Origin: Phoronis australis
Taxonomy: Eukaryota; Animalia; Phoronida
Direction of reading: 5' to 3'
Assembly (NCBI GenBank): GCA_002633005.1
Contig: NMRA01000135.1
Coordinates: 528,183-592,182 of the forward strand
DNA length: 64,000 bases
The notes beneath the pieces were generated by a model that worked only from the letters and a program-made list of their open reading frames with translations, did no database searches and was not told the origin of the DNA. Numbering within the stretch: the first letter of the stretch is position 1; each line of letters starts with the position of its first letter. Both the position numbers and the translations under genes were made by a program. Of this stretch, positions 1 to 12,816 are shown piece after piece.

Positions 1-1559
1 TCGAAAGTCACAAATTCTAAAACGATACGGAAGTGACAAAGGTGTGCAGGTGAAAAACTAGAAAATGCATTTCTAAAACTAAGACAAGTTTCTTGATATG
101 TAACACAAATCGCATTCACTCGTACAACAGTAACACAGTATGCAATAAAATGGAATACAAAGAAAAATGGAACATTTCCAACGTTTGTTTTTTTGAATTT
201 TCAACACAAGCTGTACAGCCAGTCAGTTTCAGACGTGTCTACATTGTACGACTAAGGACTTTGCTGAATGCTAGATACGGCTACAATGATTGTATGAATA
301 TCACAAGTTTAGCAGTCGATATGCTCAGAATAACTTGCACTTCTGTAGAAATGCTGTGGAATTTCCGTCAGAATGTATAAGAGACCGCAGATTATTAAAA
401 CCAGCCCGCTGAGGAGTCAATAGTATGGTTTAGATTACACCGAGTCGGCGGTGACGTACTCAAAGGACAAAAAATAGTCTAGCAAGGCTACACTATTCGA
501 CTCCAGTTCAGTGAACTTGTACGGGACACTGTGTTGAAACAGCCATTGCTAAAATATTCCACAATTTTTAAAATTCCAACCAAACGAATAGGATCGTCGT
601 CTATTTGTTATTTGCAACGAAATTTCCAAAATAAGTTGGCGAAAAACACCGAGCTCAAGCAGTTATTGATTTTTGTCAACTCGTTTAGAAGACTCCTCAC
701 AAAAACCGTGTTTCGTATTAACAAAGATCATAGACTATGGTATAACTTATGTTGGTAAACAGTAGTCGGTCCTCCTCCCTCACTAACCGTATAAGTCTAA
801 GTGACAACGTTCTTTCCCACTGTTAGTTAGCTCCTTACTTTCTTAACACAGTTCTGGTCTCATGAACCATTGCTCAATGCCTGCAAATTGATTGAAGACA
901 CAATAAATGCTAAATGACACAACAACTGTGTTGACAAGACAAGAACGACGGTGCTGTAAGAAATGGGATTGACTATTAGCGAGGAAACTTTTTAGAACAA
1001 AAGAACGCTGTCAATAAGAATGCCAGTGTGGTTCGTGTGGGAAGAAGACTGGCTACCCTGTAATAAAAAAATAAGTGGTTTTAGCAATTGTATACTATTT
1101 TTTTTGTCTGGGTAGCACGAGAATCCACTTAGACGGCAACAACTACCAGCTGATAGAAATAGAGCATCTCTCCACGGTGCCGCATAACGATATTTATCTA
1201 GCATGTAATAACTCTGAATTTTTTAATAGCTTTGAAGATTATCAAACGCAATTTTAGCAAATTAACGCAACGACTTGTTGCTATGGCGACAAAGGCGATA
1301 CGTCGTATCTTTGAAATTTAATCCATGTATTATCGCCCATGTATTAGGGTGTATTATAGTGACCCAAGACAAAGTAATGCGAAAGAAAGTTCAGTAACCT
1401 AAACGGTAGGAAATCTTTTAAAACACAGCACACTTTACACGGACACCGCGAGGACTGTTTAGCGCCCACTACTGACAGCGACACATCTCGTGACTTCACC
1501 ACACTACATGTATGTCTGCATGAAAGTGACGACAACTAGTATTATGCGTCATTTAACTC

Positions 1560-3254
1560 TCATAGATATAATTCCTTGGACATGGTTTCTCTTTCTTGAC
1601 TCGGCGTTGTGGGCTGACTTTCTTTTTCAGGAGTACTCGAGTCTTCTCTCGCGGCATTTGCCTCAGTCATGTGACTAGTATATTCTGCAACCTCTTTATC
1701 CTCTCGCCCTAGAGAATCTGTACCTTTGCGGATTTCAGCATATTCAGAAGTACTTTCAAACTGAGGTTCCACTCCAGCACGACGGGGGTCGTCATAGATT
1801 CGTTTGTCAGGGAACTCTACTACATCTTCAATGTGCCTCTTTGGATAGGTGTCATAAATGCCCTTCCTTTTCGTATCACTATCATAAGCGCCCCCATATC
1901 CATTTCCGTAATAACGATCATACTCTTGATACCGGTCGTAATACGGCCTTTTAGCATAGAAACGCGCGTCAGAATTATACCGACGATAATCGTAGTCAGG
2001 GCTGTCACGTGATCGAGAATCCCGCAAGTAACCATAGTAACGCTCACCATCACTGTATCGGCGCGCTCTGGTGGGCTCGGCATAAATGTCATGGTCCCGT
2101 CGTTTTACCTCAAAGTCACTTTGATAACCGTTCATTTTGTCGTAGCCCCTTTGACGTCGCACGGCGTCCTGGCCTTGCATTTTACGCCATCTAGCGTCAT
2201 CTTTCTTGTGTTGACGATGGCGATGTTTGTGGCGATTCTTCTTCGGGTCACTGAAGCAGCAACAGAACAGATAGTGCTTGAAATGACGACGAAATTTGCG
2301 ATCAATGAAGTAAATGATGACCGGGTTTAAGCAGGAATTAAGAAAGGCCAGACAGAAGCCTATGATGTTAAATATCCTCCAAAAGTGGTCGAAGTCGTCG
2401 TCCCAATAGTTATAGCGCAGGACATACACGTGGCGAGGAAGCCAGCAAATGATGAGAGAGAGGGTTAAAGCGAACACAGTCTTTACCATCGTTCTGGGGT
2501 GAGTTCGTCGTTTCTTCTCATCCTCAACAACAGGCTTTTCGTCAGTGTCGCCAGTCGTATCCTCCAAATCTTTCTTCTCGCCTTTATTGTGGCGTTTCTG
2601 ATAAAGCAGATGGAAGCCGATTAGACAGTAGAAGAATGGGACGAGCACGAGAGGTGCCACGTACGTCAAACCAAACTTAACAGTGGAGAAGATCTTGGCG
2701 TAGAGCAGACCCCAGGCGGGACTGTGAGGCCGACAGAAATGCATGGTCACGCCGCCTGGAGACTCTTCGCGTTTCACATAAGCAGACATGGCGTCGGGAA
2801 TACCCAACAGCAGCGCGAATATCCAAGCAAAAGTAATGGTGCCGCACAGAAAGCTATTCGGCTTACCATGAGCATACCGTTTACTTGTTATCACGCGGAA
2901 TCGTTCAATGCTAACTCCTGCCAAACTAAACGCAGTCAAGGCAACAGAGATAGTTTGTATAGACTGACTCAGTTTGCAAATGATTTCCTCATACGGCCAT
3001 TCTCTGAATGTGAAGGTTGTGGCTGTAAAAGGAACGCTGGCAACCATCAGAATAAAATCTCCAAATGCTATATTGAAGATGTAAGCATTGGGTGGAGTGC
3101 GCATGCGTCGATTCCAGCAAATGATATGCAGGAGGGTTCCGTTGCCAATGACGCCGACCAGGAAGACAACTCCGAAAACAACGGGGACGGCCACCGACTC
3201 TGGCCGACGCCACGAGTCGAAGTCCTCAACTGATATGTTGGGGGCGCTGCTCAT
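1560..3254 (-). CDS. Class A peptide GPCR, bombesin/CCHamide/excitatory-peptide (EP) receptor-like, 564 aa, single coding exon
   Basis: Seven hydrophobic segments with TM1 GVIGNGTL, MRTPPNAYIFNIAFGD, ECL1 WPY..IC, ERF in place of DRY, TM6 CWLPRH, TM7 GFCLAFLNSCLNPVIIY and a CCC palmitoylation site. These match the bombesin/CCHamide receptor pattern. An acceptor (ttttgcttttcag|G, exon start 3262) lies 8 nt before the ATG, implying upstream non-coding exon(s). Confidence 0.93.
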   Translation of the reverse strand: MSSAPNISVEDFDSWRRPESVAVPVVFGVVFLVGVIGNGTLLHIICWNRRMRTPPNAYIFNIAFGDFILMVASVPFTATTFTFREWPYEEIICKLSQSIQTISVALTAFSLAGVSIERFRVITSKRYAHGKPNSFLCGTITFAWIFALLLGIPDAMSAYVKREESPGGVTMHFCRPHSPAWGLLYAKIFSTVKFGLTYVAPLVLVPFFYCLIGFHLLYQKRHNKGEKKDLEDTTGDTDEKPVVEDEKKRRTHPRTMVKTVFALTLSLIICWLPRHVYVLRYNYWDDDFDHFWRIFNIIGFCLAFLNSCLNPVIIYFIDRKFRRHFKHYLFCCCFSDPKKNRHKHRHRQHKKDDARWRKMQGQDAVRRQRGYDKMNGYQSDFEVKRRDHDIYAEPTRARRYSDGERYYGYLRDSRSRDSPDYDYRRYNSDARFYAKRPYYDRYQEYDRYYGNGYGGAYDSDTKRKGIYDTYPKRHIEDVVEFPDKRIYDDPRRAGVEPQFESTSEYAEIRKGTDSLGREDKEVAEYTSHMTEANAAREDSSTPEKESQPTTPSQERETMSKELYL

Positions 3255-4488
3255 TGTCAGACCTGAAAAGCAAAAAGAGCACGTAAATCAGTGTCCGTTA
3301 ACACGACATTATCAAAATTTCATACTACAACCCGAAAAGTGAAGCAATTTTCGATTTTGAACCAACGCCAGCCTGCTAAAAATAACAAACCTTATGACCC
3401 TTTTCGATAACTCATTTGGTTTTTATTTCTGTAACATCGTTAGTCATAAAAAAATCCCCATATCGCACTTCAAAATGAGCCGCTTGTATGCAACACGCAG
3501 ACAAACCAGAACTTAATTGCAAGCAAAATAAAACGTACAATTTTGCCGCGGAAAATTGTCTTGTTACCGTTTTAACTCAAGCTAACAAACGAGGTTTGTG
3601 GTCTGAGCTTTGACGTGTGCGCTGACAGCAGGAGACTATTTTAGTCCAAAATTTGTTAACGGGAACATAAATATTATCCAGAAATGTCGTGTCACACGTG
3701 AAATGTTTATGTGGACAACAAGATGCTCACCAAGAAGTCCACTGCAGGGAAGCTACAGTGAAGAAGAGAAGTTTATTTTCTTGCGATAACGTCTGGGTTC
3801 ATTGTTCCCATGTATAATGTTACGTCATGATGGCTCGTTGCCCAATATGCACTCGGTTATTTATGACGACTGTCTGCAAGTAAAGTATCAACAGTGGCGA
3901 CACACCTAGGTCTACAACTATAATTCAATCTTCTTACGACATGCCTATGTTGATAAATCTGCTACCGATACTTCCACACGTCACTACGAGGAGCTTCTGT
4001 GTTCATTTTGAGGTCTGCCACGTACAACGAGACACATCTCACTCAGTATGTCCTCGTACGTTACTGAAGTAAACGTGGACAGTGTGGTAAAAGTCACTTA
4101 GAAGTCTCGCATTTCAACCGATTCTCTAAACTGAATACGGGAATCAAACAGGACCCGTGTAAGTGAGTATTGCCGACGGTGTCGCAGTTGCCTCAACTGC
4201 TATGGAATTCCGTGTCTGTCGGTTGTTAACGCGTATGTTTTTTCACGATAGCGTGTTAATCTAAGCCTAACCTCGGGCACAACGCCACCTACGGTGAGTG
4301 GGTATCGTCGAAACTTCATTATTTCAACCTCCAATCCAAGCCAGGCTATTTGACAATAAAAACATAACATATCTAATTGCACGTTTTTACGGCAGCAACT
4401 TAAAAACACAAACTCCATGTTACAATATTTTATTTGGAAGGGGTTTCCCAACTTTCAACCAAGTCCCCACACCACATCAGTAACAGAC

Positions 4489-4580
4489 CAGTCCCACTCT
4501 GTTACAGGGTCATGCAGTCCCACTCAGTCACAGGGTCAGTCCCACTCAGTCACAGGGTCAGTCCCACTCAGTCACACGGT
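4489..4580. repeat. 22-bp minisatellite (cagtcccactcagtcacagggt), about 4 copies
   Basis: Direct tandem repeats read in the sequence. Confidence 0.9.
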
Positions 4581-6569
4581 GTTCTCTGGGACCATTTCCC
4601 ATTGCATTATTTATGGCAACTACGTCAGTGTAATACGTCATCAAGACAGCGACAGTAGTGGGTTGCAGTTACTTCTCCCAGAATCTGAATAATCTTCACG
4701 CATACTCATTACTACGTAATACGTGATGTCACTTGTGACTGTAAATGATCATTGGTTGAGGCAAAGATAACTTTAATGTCTTTGGCTGAGATTAGTATCG
4801 TCAATTTACGAGTGAACCCGAAAGCCCTAAACAAAAGACAAGCTTGAAATTCCATTCATTTCAGCTCGTTCCCATTACGTGTCACCAAGTTTCCTGGACG
4901 GACTCCGACGTTCGGATAACGAATCGAGAGGACAGAAACTTCTACACTCTCACATTACATGCGTTGATTAAACCTTCGGTCAGCAGTGAGGGCCACAGGT
5001 CAAGCGCTTCATTTGACCATTGCATTGAATTTAATTACTGTACGCGAAATACAATATGTTTTTCACATCTCCATAAGTGTGGTCCATCATGAAGAAATGA
5101 TTGATTCCTTTGTTCTTGTTATACCCGAGTGAATATTTACAAACACAAGATCATTTGAGCCACCGCAAGTTCAAAGTCGGTGCATTTGTACCGTTCCTTG
5201 GAGAACTGATCCTGTTTTCAGATTTACACACTACTGGTTGGAGTCTTACCACAGGCCATATAGTTTGTTTATCTTAAAACTGAGACCGGCCCTCAGACAG
5301 GTGGCTACATCGGAACAAGTAAAGATGGCACTAAAAACACGTACTTTATATTAATATATTTGAGTTTTCACTTCTTGTGTAAGCTTAATACAACACAGAA
5401 ATAAACAAAGTTTTTACGAAAAATATTTTCCATCTTTCTCACACACTGCTTAAATTATTATAATGTGCGTTTCTAATCCTGAAAATGATTCCCGGTAACC
5501 TTAATTCCCCTGCAACTGTGTTCACCCCCCGACGTCTGGAGGTCGATATTCAACTTGAGTTAGTGCACAAGTCAGCTATCCTCCGTTACTGGCCACAATA
5601 AGCGAACGGCGTACCGACAGGGCGACCAGCGCGATCGACACGCGCCACACCATACCCGGCCATTTACTGCCCTTAGCGGAACCACTGGCCGTTATGAGTA
5701 ACGTTCTTGAAAACTGTAGTTGGTTCTGGTCTCTACCCCGACTCGTTTTGAGACCAGCGCTCACCGACCAAAAAATATCTATCATATCAATTTCAGACAA
5801 GATTTTATTACTTGTGTTTTTTTTTGAAGAGCTGCAAAAAGGCACGGAAACGAGGGTGAGCAAAATTCGAAACGTCATGATTGTCAGGCGATGAGTATAA
5901 CAAATACCTTATCACTTAATCTCCTTACCATTGTATCTAGTCTTGGGCGCATTTTCCTCTTTGAAAAAGAAAGCAACTAAAATAAAGAGAAAGGTGCAGC
6001 GTTTTCTCTGTACGTTCTTAAAAGAAGAAACAAAATTGAATACATAGCATGCCTGCTACACTACATAAAAGATTTTTGAAGAAATGAGGCATTACGAGAA
6101 ATGGACTCAAAGTCGATACGACATCTGAATTTACCGAGGCGCTCCCTGAATGAAAAAAGGTGCGGTTCTAAACAGCGCTCACCTCTCCACCCGAGAACAC
6201 AGTTTCCGACTCCGGTATATATACAGTAGCAGTGTAACGAATGATACAATGAGGTGCCAAGTGGCTATCAAGCCCAGTCAAATACATCAAACCATAAAAT
6301 GTAGACGTCAAGTATAGTAGTACGACTATTCAGCCGTGATGCATCGCACAACATTAGTTGAGGTGCCTGTATGTCATTAAATTTGATACGAATGTTGACC
6401 ATTGTTCACAAGAAACACGTGCCCGCTTGTATGAATCAGTCACGTTTTAAAATAATATACCTAAAAACTAAGCCATTGTTTCAATTATTGAATAAAAATA
6501 AACAAGGAATAAGTCCTTAAATTGCATAAAAAAATCTTCTTTAATTTCAATAATATTCATTTTCTCTCT

Positions 6570-6724
6570 CATGGCCGCGCAGCACTGAAAAAAGTGGGAG
6601 GGGCTATAGCTCCTCACCCCCCCCCCCCCCCNNNNNNNNNNGCCCATAGATCATGGGTGCCGGAGCACTGAAAAAAGTGGGGGGCTATAGCCCCGCCCCA
6701 GCTCCCTGTTGTGCGCCGCCCATG
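6570..6724. mobile_element. Dimeric GC-rich MITE (family A, CATGG...CCATG ends), spans a 10-N gap
   Basis: Two units containing agcactgaaaaaagtggg..gctatagc, flanked by tctct/tctct (5-bp duplication). Same structure at 62475-62643. Confidence 0.7.
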
Positions 6725-8302
6725 TCTCTGTATGTCTAATATGAGTCAACGCTAAAAATGACACAAAATAGCATTAGAAAATTCAATCAGTGTTCACACG
6801 TCTACACATGCGAAGAAAATTACGGTGCACTGTTGAGCTCTGTCTCATACAACTGAGCAATTGTGACCAAAGAAAAACTATCCGTGTCAGCTCATTATTG
6901 CAAGACCAACTACAAGAAGTCCAACGTTTCCAAGGAAACGTCTCTGAAGTGTCATAAAATCATTTTATCACAAAATTATTGTGCAGAAAAAAATGAAGTG
7001 TAAATAAACATGCTTTAATTTTGAAATATAAGTTTAAGTGAATCAAAATCATTATCAGACCACGTGTTTCAGTGTATGGCTGCTCGGGACTTCATGGACA
7101 ACGAAAGTATAAACGATTTCACTATCGAAATTCCGGCTGCAAATGTTTGTTTACTATGAACACGGAAGTTAGAATGCAATTTTCCGTTACTTGTTTTTGT
7201 TGCCGACTTACTTGTACTTACACCGATAACATAGTGAACAATGCACGGCTACCACACCACTCTGCACTAGAGATATGCGGCTATATCAACACGAACACTG
7301 CTTTGTAGTACATTAACGACAAACTGGACACGTTTTATTGGTTGTATTGAGAACAGACATATGCACCGAAGGAACGCTGATTCTACGAAGAAGAACGGGG
7401 GAATGAACAAGAAGATGTTTTACTTAACGCTACTCAATGTCGCGTCTTGTAGGTAAACGATAATGACCTCACGCGACGCAGCGTTAAAAGGATACTAAGC
7501 CCCTTTTTAATGATTTCAACCAATCCTCGTTGTGTCCTCTGCTAATGCATCATTGGCGTCAATTCAATCTTGAAAGACAAGTGCGGTAATCAACTAAAAA
7601 TTTATACTCCCTATGTATGTCACAGATTGGAAATTATAGTTATTGCGGAGTGGCATTTCCCCACAGTTGTCGTGTAATTCGCTAAACGCGTAGGTCATAC
7701 TCGTCCGTTTAGAGGACTTTGAAAAGAGTTTTCAAATGTTCCCCCTGTTCATAATCTACTCTGATAATAAAAAGAAGACATTTTTTCATTGCAGGCACAG
7801 AGCGAATATCGATTCTCAGTCGAGGGTGTGAGTGACGCTAGTTGCCTTAAAGAAATGATGAGGTGGGGTGAGGTGAAATTGGTGCAGACCGCGAGATAAC
7901 AGGTACGTGAAGACCGGGGCCAGGGGGAATGGTGAACTCACATTTTCTTCAGCCACCACCAAAATACCTAGTTATTACCAAGTATCCATCACGCGTACGC
8001 CGTCTCTAAGCAGAGGGGCGTTGTTCCGTCTTTGATAATACGAAACTGATCTACTGTATGATTAAAAAATAACTTAAATATACTTCACAAAATATTAAGA
8101 CATAATTACCAGTGGATAACAAAATTGATAACAAATACACTGAAACGCGATGCCAACTTGCCCATCAGTGTTTTATCAAAAATGTGCAAATAATGTTGGC
8201 CACCTGATCTACGACTTAAAGTCGTGACATTATCGTAAAAACGGACGTTTTTAGTACGTAACCAAGTAAATCACACTGCTTGTTCGATTAAATTTACCTT
8301 AC

Positions 8303-8438
8303 CACCATTACTAACTACTACATACTATGTTCTGATGCTAAACACATTAACTTCATTCACAGAAGTAGAGCGATACTATCTTATGTTTGAACCGAAATTG
8401 GTCTGAGATTCCCCAGATATACACATTACCTCGCGACT
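8303..8438 (-). other. Putative non-coding first exon of the GPCR gene
   Basis: Inr-like TCAGTC (A at 8438) and donor tg|gtaagg at 8303/8302. The GPCR coding exon needs an upstream exon; the link is inferred. Confidence 0.45.
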
Positions 8439-8495
8439 GAAAGTAACCCGCCGTGACAAGCCCATTTATGGGCGTGGTCTGAGGCAATGACGTCA
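8435..8495 (-). promoter_or_regulatory. Putative core promoter: Inr, TATA-like CATAAAT inside a CArG box, GC box and full CRE
   Basis: TCAGTC 8440-8435; CCATTTATGG 8462-8471 (CATAAAT about -32 on minus); GGGCGTGG 8470-8477; TGACGTCA 8488-8495. Confidence 0.5.
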
Positions 8496-11400
8496 CATTT
8501 CTCGAGTCTGGAAATCGTCTCTTTCTTATCTAGGAACAAGAGGACGTCGATACCGTAGCAATAAATAACCAAAATCACAAGTTGTTTTTGACAGAAGACG
8601 CGTGAATTTTTAAGACAAAAACATCAATAAAGAAAGAAGGAAAAGACGGATAAGATTAACTTCGTTCGTTTTTGTTATTTTCAGAATAGATTAACTCAAA
8701 AGGTATCTCCGGCTCCCGGTGATAACTTTCAATTTGACTTTCATTCCGCTGCAGATTGGTTACAGAATCGTGGACTCGCTATTTACCAATGGTTTCTGGA
8801 ATTCTGTTAGAGTTCAGTGTTTCTCTAAATATCATAATGCGGCCTTAGAAAACATCAAAATTCTTTTTGAGTTTGGTGAAAGAGATTCAGCAGCGAACAG
8901 GATTTTTAAGTTAAGCAACTTCTCATACACATGCGCAGACGATATCTTTCGCAAAAAAGACCTCGAATTTCTTTATCCTTTATCCAATCAAAGCTTAAAA
9001 TTGTTACAAAACAGAAAAAACATATCTATATTACAAATGGTTATTATATGAAATTTGGAACCAAATGGTCCTATTTCAGGTCAACAAATAAACTTTTAAA
9101 CTGATTGTCCCATCCAATTGCACATGTACTACTAAAAATTGCGACTTGTCTGAATGGAACTTGTATCTTGTAAGAAAGTTTCCTTGTGATTATTCGTTAT
9201 TTTAAGTGCAATTCTTATCCATAAAAATATAAAAACAACTTTCAGTTGGCACGTTACCCAGGAGGATTGCCAAGTGAACTCTACGCTCGTGGTAGCCTGG
9301 TGGGTCAACGAATATTGGGGTAATTTTGCTCCATTAACGAAGTTTCTTAAGTTTATAGTGGAGCAATAAAATGCAGCGACTGCAGGGGCAGCGTCCGCAA
9401 AAATTTTGTTGACTTGCAATGATTTACAACGACAGAGTAACTGGTGTGCCATATGAAGGGTAAACTTGACGCCAGTGGGAAAATTGTCCAACCAGGGCTG
9501 CTTACGAGGACCCATGTCATTTGCTCAACGGCGAGTTTTCGCTTATGGACCGGAAACAGCGAATTCTATCCCACAATACTCCACATACCGACCTCACCGA
9601 CCAATCAATTCAGTGGCCGTCAATTATTAGCTTGGGTACCCAAATAATCTAGGGCGATCTTGCGCTCACGGAACGCACCCGAGTCAGTGTAAATGCATGC
9701 ATTCAGAAAGATACGGTTTCTAAATCATTGCCTACAGACACACATGTTAACCAATATATTCAAGTGTTCAAAGGAGGAGGCTATGTCTATTAGCACCATC
9801 ATGTGGAAGTTAAATAACCCAATTTAGCCCTATTAACTGACAGCTACATGTATAAAGGTGGGCATATAATTCCAATTGCGACAAGGTGCATGTAGATGGC
9901 GCTGGGTGCGAGAGTGACATAGATTTTTCTGCAGTTAGCAACATTCTGGTAGCTGCAACAAAAAGTCTAGCTCAAGATTTTGAGGACGAATTAAGTGGCA
10001 CGTCAGAACGAAACTTCAAAAATATTTGTTCGAGTTGCCATTACTTTAAGACGTGAACGACCACCTGAGATGCCCATCTACTCGTATTAAAGTAGTGTGA
10101 CTTAGATGATTAGCCAGCTGGGAGAGAGTAATTTACAGATGTACCGCCTGGCCAACTGAAAACAATGGGCAGAGAAGAATCTTTCCCAAACGCAAGACCG
10201 CGCAACTCTTCCATGAGCGGCAGTGCTGCGCCACCCCATGTCTTTGCGAGATGTCGCGACGCATAACAAGCCTAACACATTGCCACCCTACATGTAGGTT
10301 TCCTCGCGAGAGTCTTGGGACAGAAAGCAGACAGAACGCGGTTAGAGTCAGATGATTGTCCCCCCAAAAATCTCGTTATGTGACCGTATGTTTTTAATTT
10401 AATGCATGGCAATAACTCCCCTAGTCTTGAGAGTTCCAACTCCTTCTCGCTAGATACTAGGTGTACGAAACACATGCCAGGTTTCATGCATGCAGACATG
10501 GGTCACTCTTGACATGAAATTACGGTGACCTACGGCGCGAACCACCTGGCTGCTGAAATGTGAAACAGAACCCCGGGAAACTGTTGCACGTGGCTTGCCT
10601 CCGAAAAGTCTTAAAACAAGCTTGGCGTTTATTAGACTCATCTGTATAAACATACGGGCTGTATAAGTGATTGAACACGTTTAATAGGCCAAACAAACGA
10701 GCCGTATGGAGAATAACAAATTATCCAACAACAGTTCGTGCAGCTTGAAAACAGAAAAACAACAACGGTCGGATAGCATCAAAATGACTTGAAATACAAT
10801 GGTTTCACAAACGAAGAATTAGTTTCTCAAGTCTGGCAAACAGTGATCGACCGCGGCTAAACTCATGAATACGAAATAGACACACACAGCTACAACTGAA
10901 TTATATAAAATTTCAATTCGTGACTAGTTCGCTTGTTTGATTATTCACTGTGCTTTTTGCCTATTCCGTGCAGTTCCCCGTGATACAAACTTTCCCTTCC
11001 GTACCCAAACATTATCACCCCAGGGAACTATAAGCACCAGCGATTTCAGAACGTGCGGAGGAAGGAACGTCACTGATTCTGGCTCACTGCTTTCTGATTT
11101 TAACGGAATTACTGCGCCGTCTCGATGAGTAGCGTACCTGCATGATTACACCGCGTGTTAGACCGCGGAAGGACGACAACGAAAAGGAACGACATGTAAA
11201 TACCAACCTTGGTGATCTAAAGCGAATAATAAAACTCAAAAGTTCTTAAAAGTACCCAAAATAAAATTTCCTAGTCTGAAAATAATCTTGCCGTGGAAAA
11301 AATGCGACTTACCTTAGAAGAAACTCTTGGTATGTCTGGCGTGATGCTAAAACCATATGTGGTTAACCTAAACCCCGTAAAAATTGGAACTCGTGTTGAC

Positions 11401-11889
11401 GGAGGTCACGTTTTCATGAACACAACAGATAGTTATTAAAGCTGCGACGGCCCACAACCATCGACGGATGAAGTTGTCCCTTGACTGAAGCTGTTTGTCC
11501 GAGCAAACGATTGTTTATCTTAATGAATATTAAAATGAGACCGTTATCTTCGCGTGCCTGGCTACTTGGTAAAACGAGAAGGCGTGTCGTGCCTTCCAGA
11601 AGTCGGGTTAACAAAGTTACCAATCGGCGACACGCTCTTTAGGATGGTAAACGACAGCACGCCGTGAGGTTCACAAAGGTGAAAAGGTCGCTTTGGAGCT
11701 CTACATTGTAACGTGCTAGTAGTACAGGGAATGATGGGAACTGAACATTGTGAGGCGCATTAATTCGTTGGCTTTGCCGGGCGCGTGCACGACAAGCTGA
11801 AGAGCTATTATGTGTGATAAAGCCCTTCTTTTGCAGAACATTTAACTATTCTATGCACCAATGAATATAAAAACATTTTACAGGGGGGC

Positions 11890-12816
11890 GCCAACCACCA
11901 GTCTGCTAGTGCAGCCCGGCGAACCACGAGGTGAACCTGAGTGCCGTCAACTTTGATAGTTGAGATCGCTGTGGTGAAATGGAAGGCCACAAGTGTAATG
12001 TCCCGTATGTTAGTTACTTAACTTGTCGAAGCATCCGAGGCTGCCGACACTGACTGGGGCGGATCCAATATCATTTCCAGAAACTGGCTCTGGAAATGTG
12101 ATAGGAAAGGAGGCCCTTGATGTTTACTTCTCCGTTGCAGCAATAGAAAAGCCAGAGAGAGTGTCTAAATGCCTTGGTAAACTAGTCCAAACATTTAATT
12201 CATGCAGTGTGGTAATCAACGAGAAACAATGGAAATCATTCAATATAGAAACCGAATCGTGTAAACAATGCGTACGTTCAAGTCTGTCGATCACTGCAGA
12301 CGACATCCTGTTATCAACAAAAAATTGTTCATTTGTCAAAAAGCTTAAAACGCGAAGGTGTCTGAGTCAGTTAATTTACTAGTCGACGTCAACACTGTCG
12401 CAAAATACCAGTTTCCCTGTTCTGCACGACAACAACGGAGGGATCATTTTGCTCAGTCATCAACTCGTCCGTTAGAAGCTCAACTGGTAATAGGAAATTA
12501 TATCTTAACTCAGTAATGGATATTATGATACCCAATTTTGTGAGAGCAAAAGGCAATTCCTCATTGAATGAGACCAAGTTGACTTGTCACGGCGGGTCAT
12601 TTTAAGTATCTTCATGGCCATAGGTTAACAATAAGTATTCAAAGCGTTGGCTAACTGTAAAATTACGAATTTCAAAATGACACATGTACTCATTGGCTGT
12701 GATTTCAGATACCAACTTATCGGCAACAAGTCGAGATGGGATCAGCAATGTAAATGCGCTTCGGTTATTGAAGATTTCAACATTGATAGCTAAACAGCAC
12801 CGATATGCCCCTTTAA
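11890..12816 (-). pseudogene. Highly decayed RecQ-like helicase remnant, probably transposon-borne
   Basis: Broken minus-strand frames give LLTDELMTEQ, AVIDRLERTHC, SGFSIAATE and ASDASTS*VTNIRDITLVAFH...QVHLVVRRAALAD, in the order of RecQ motifs Ia, II, III, V, VI. The region ends in a Kolobok-like cccct|ttaa. Weak motif match only. Confidence 0.3.

Noticed and set aside
1820-3342. ORFs overlapping the GPCR (e.g. 2724-3233 +, 169 aa)
   Set aside because: Shadow frames of the real coding sequence; no motifs.
5576-5894. 100-aa minus ORF with a hydrophobic start and its antisense partner
   Set aside because: No recognisable domain or convincing splice structure; lies in the presumed GPCR 5' intron.
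6632-6641. N run next to poly-C (also a single N at 62603)
   Set aside because: Assembly gap at a homopolymer, not a biological feature.
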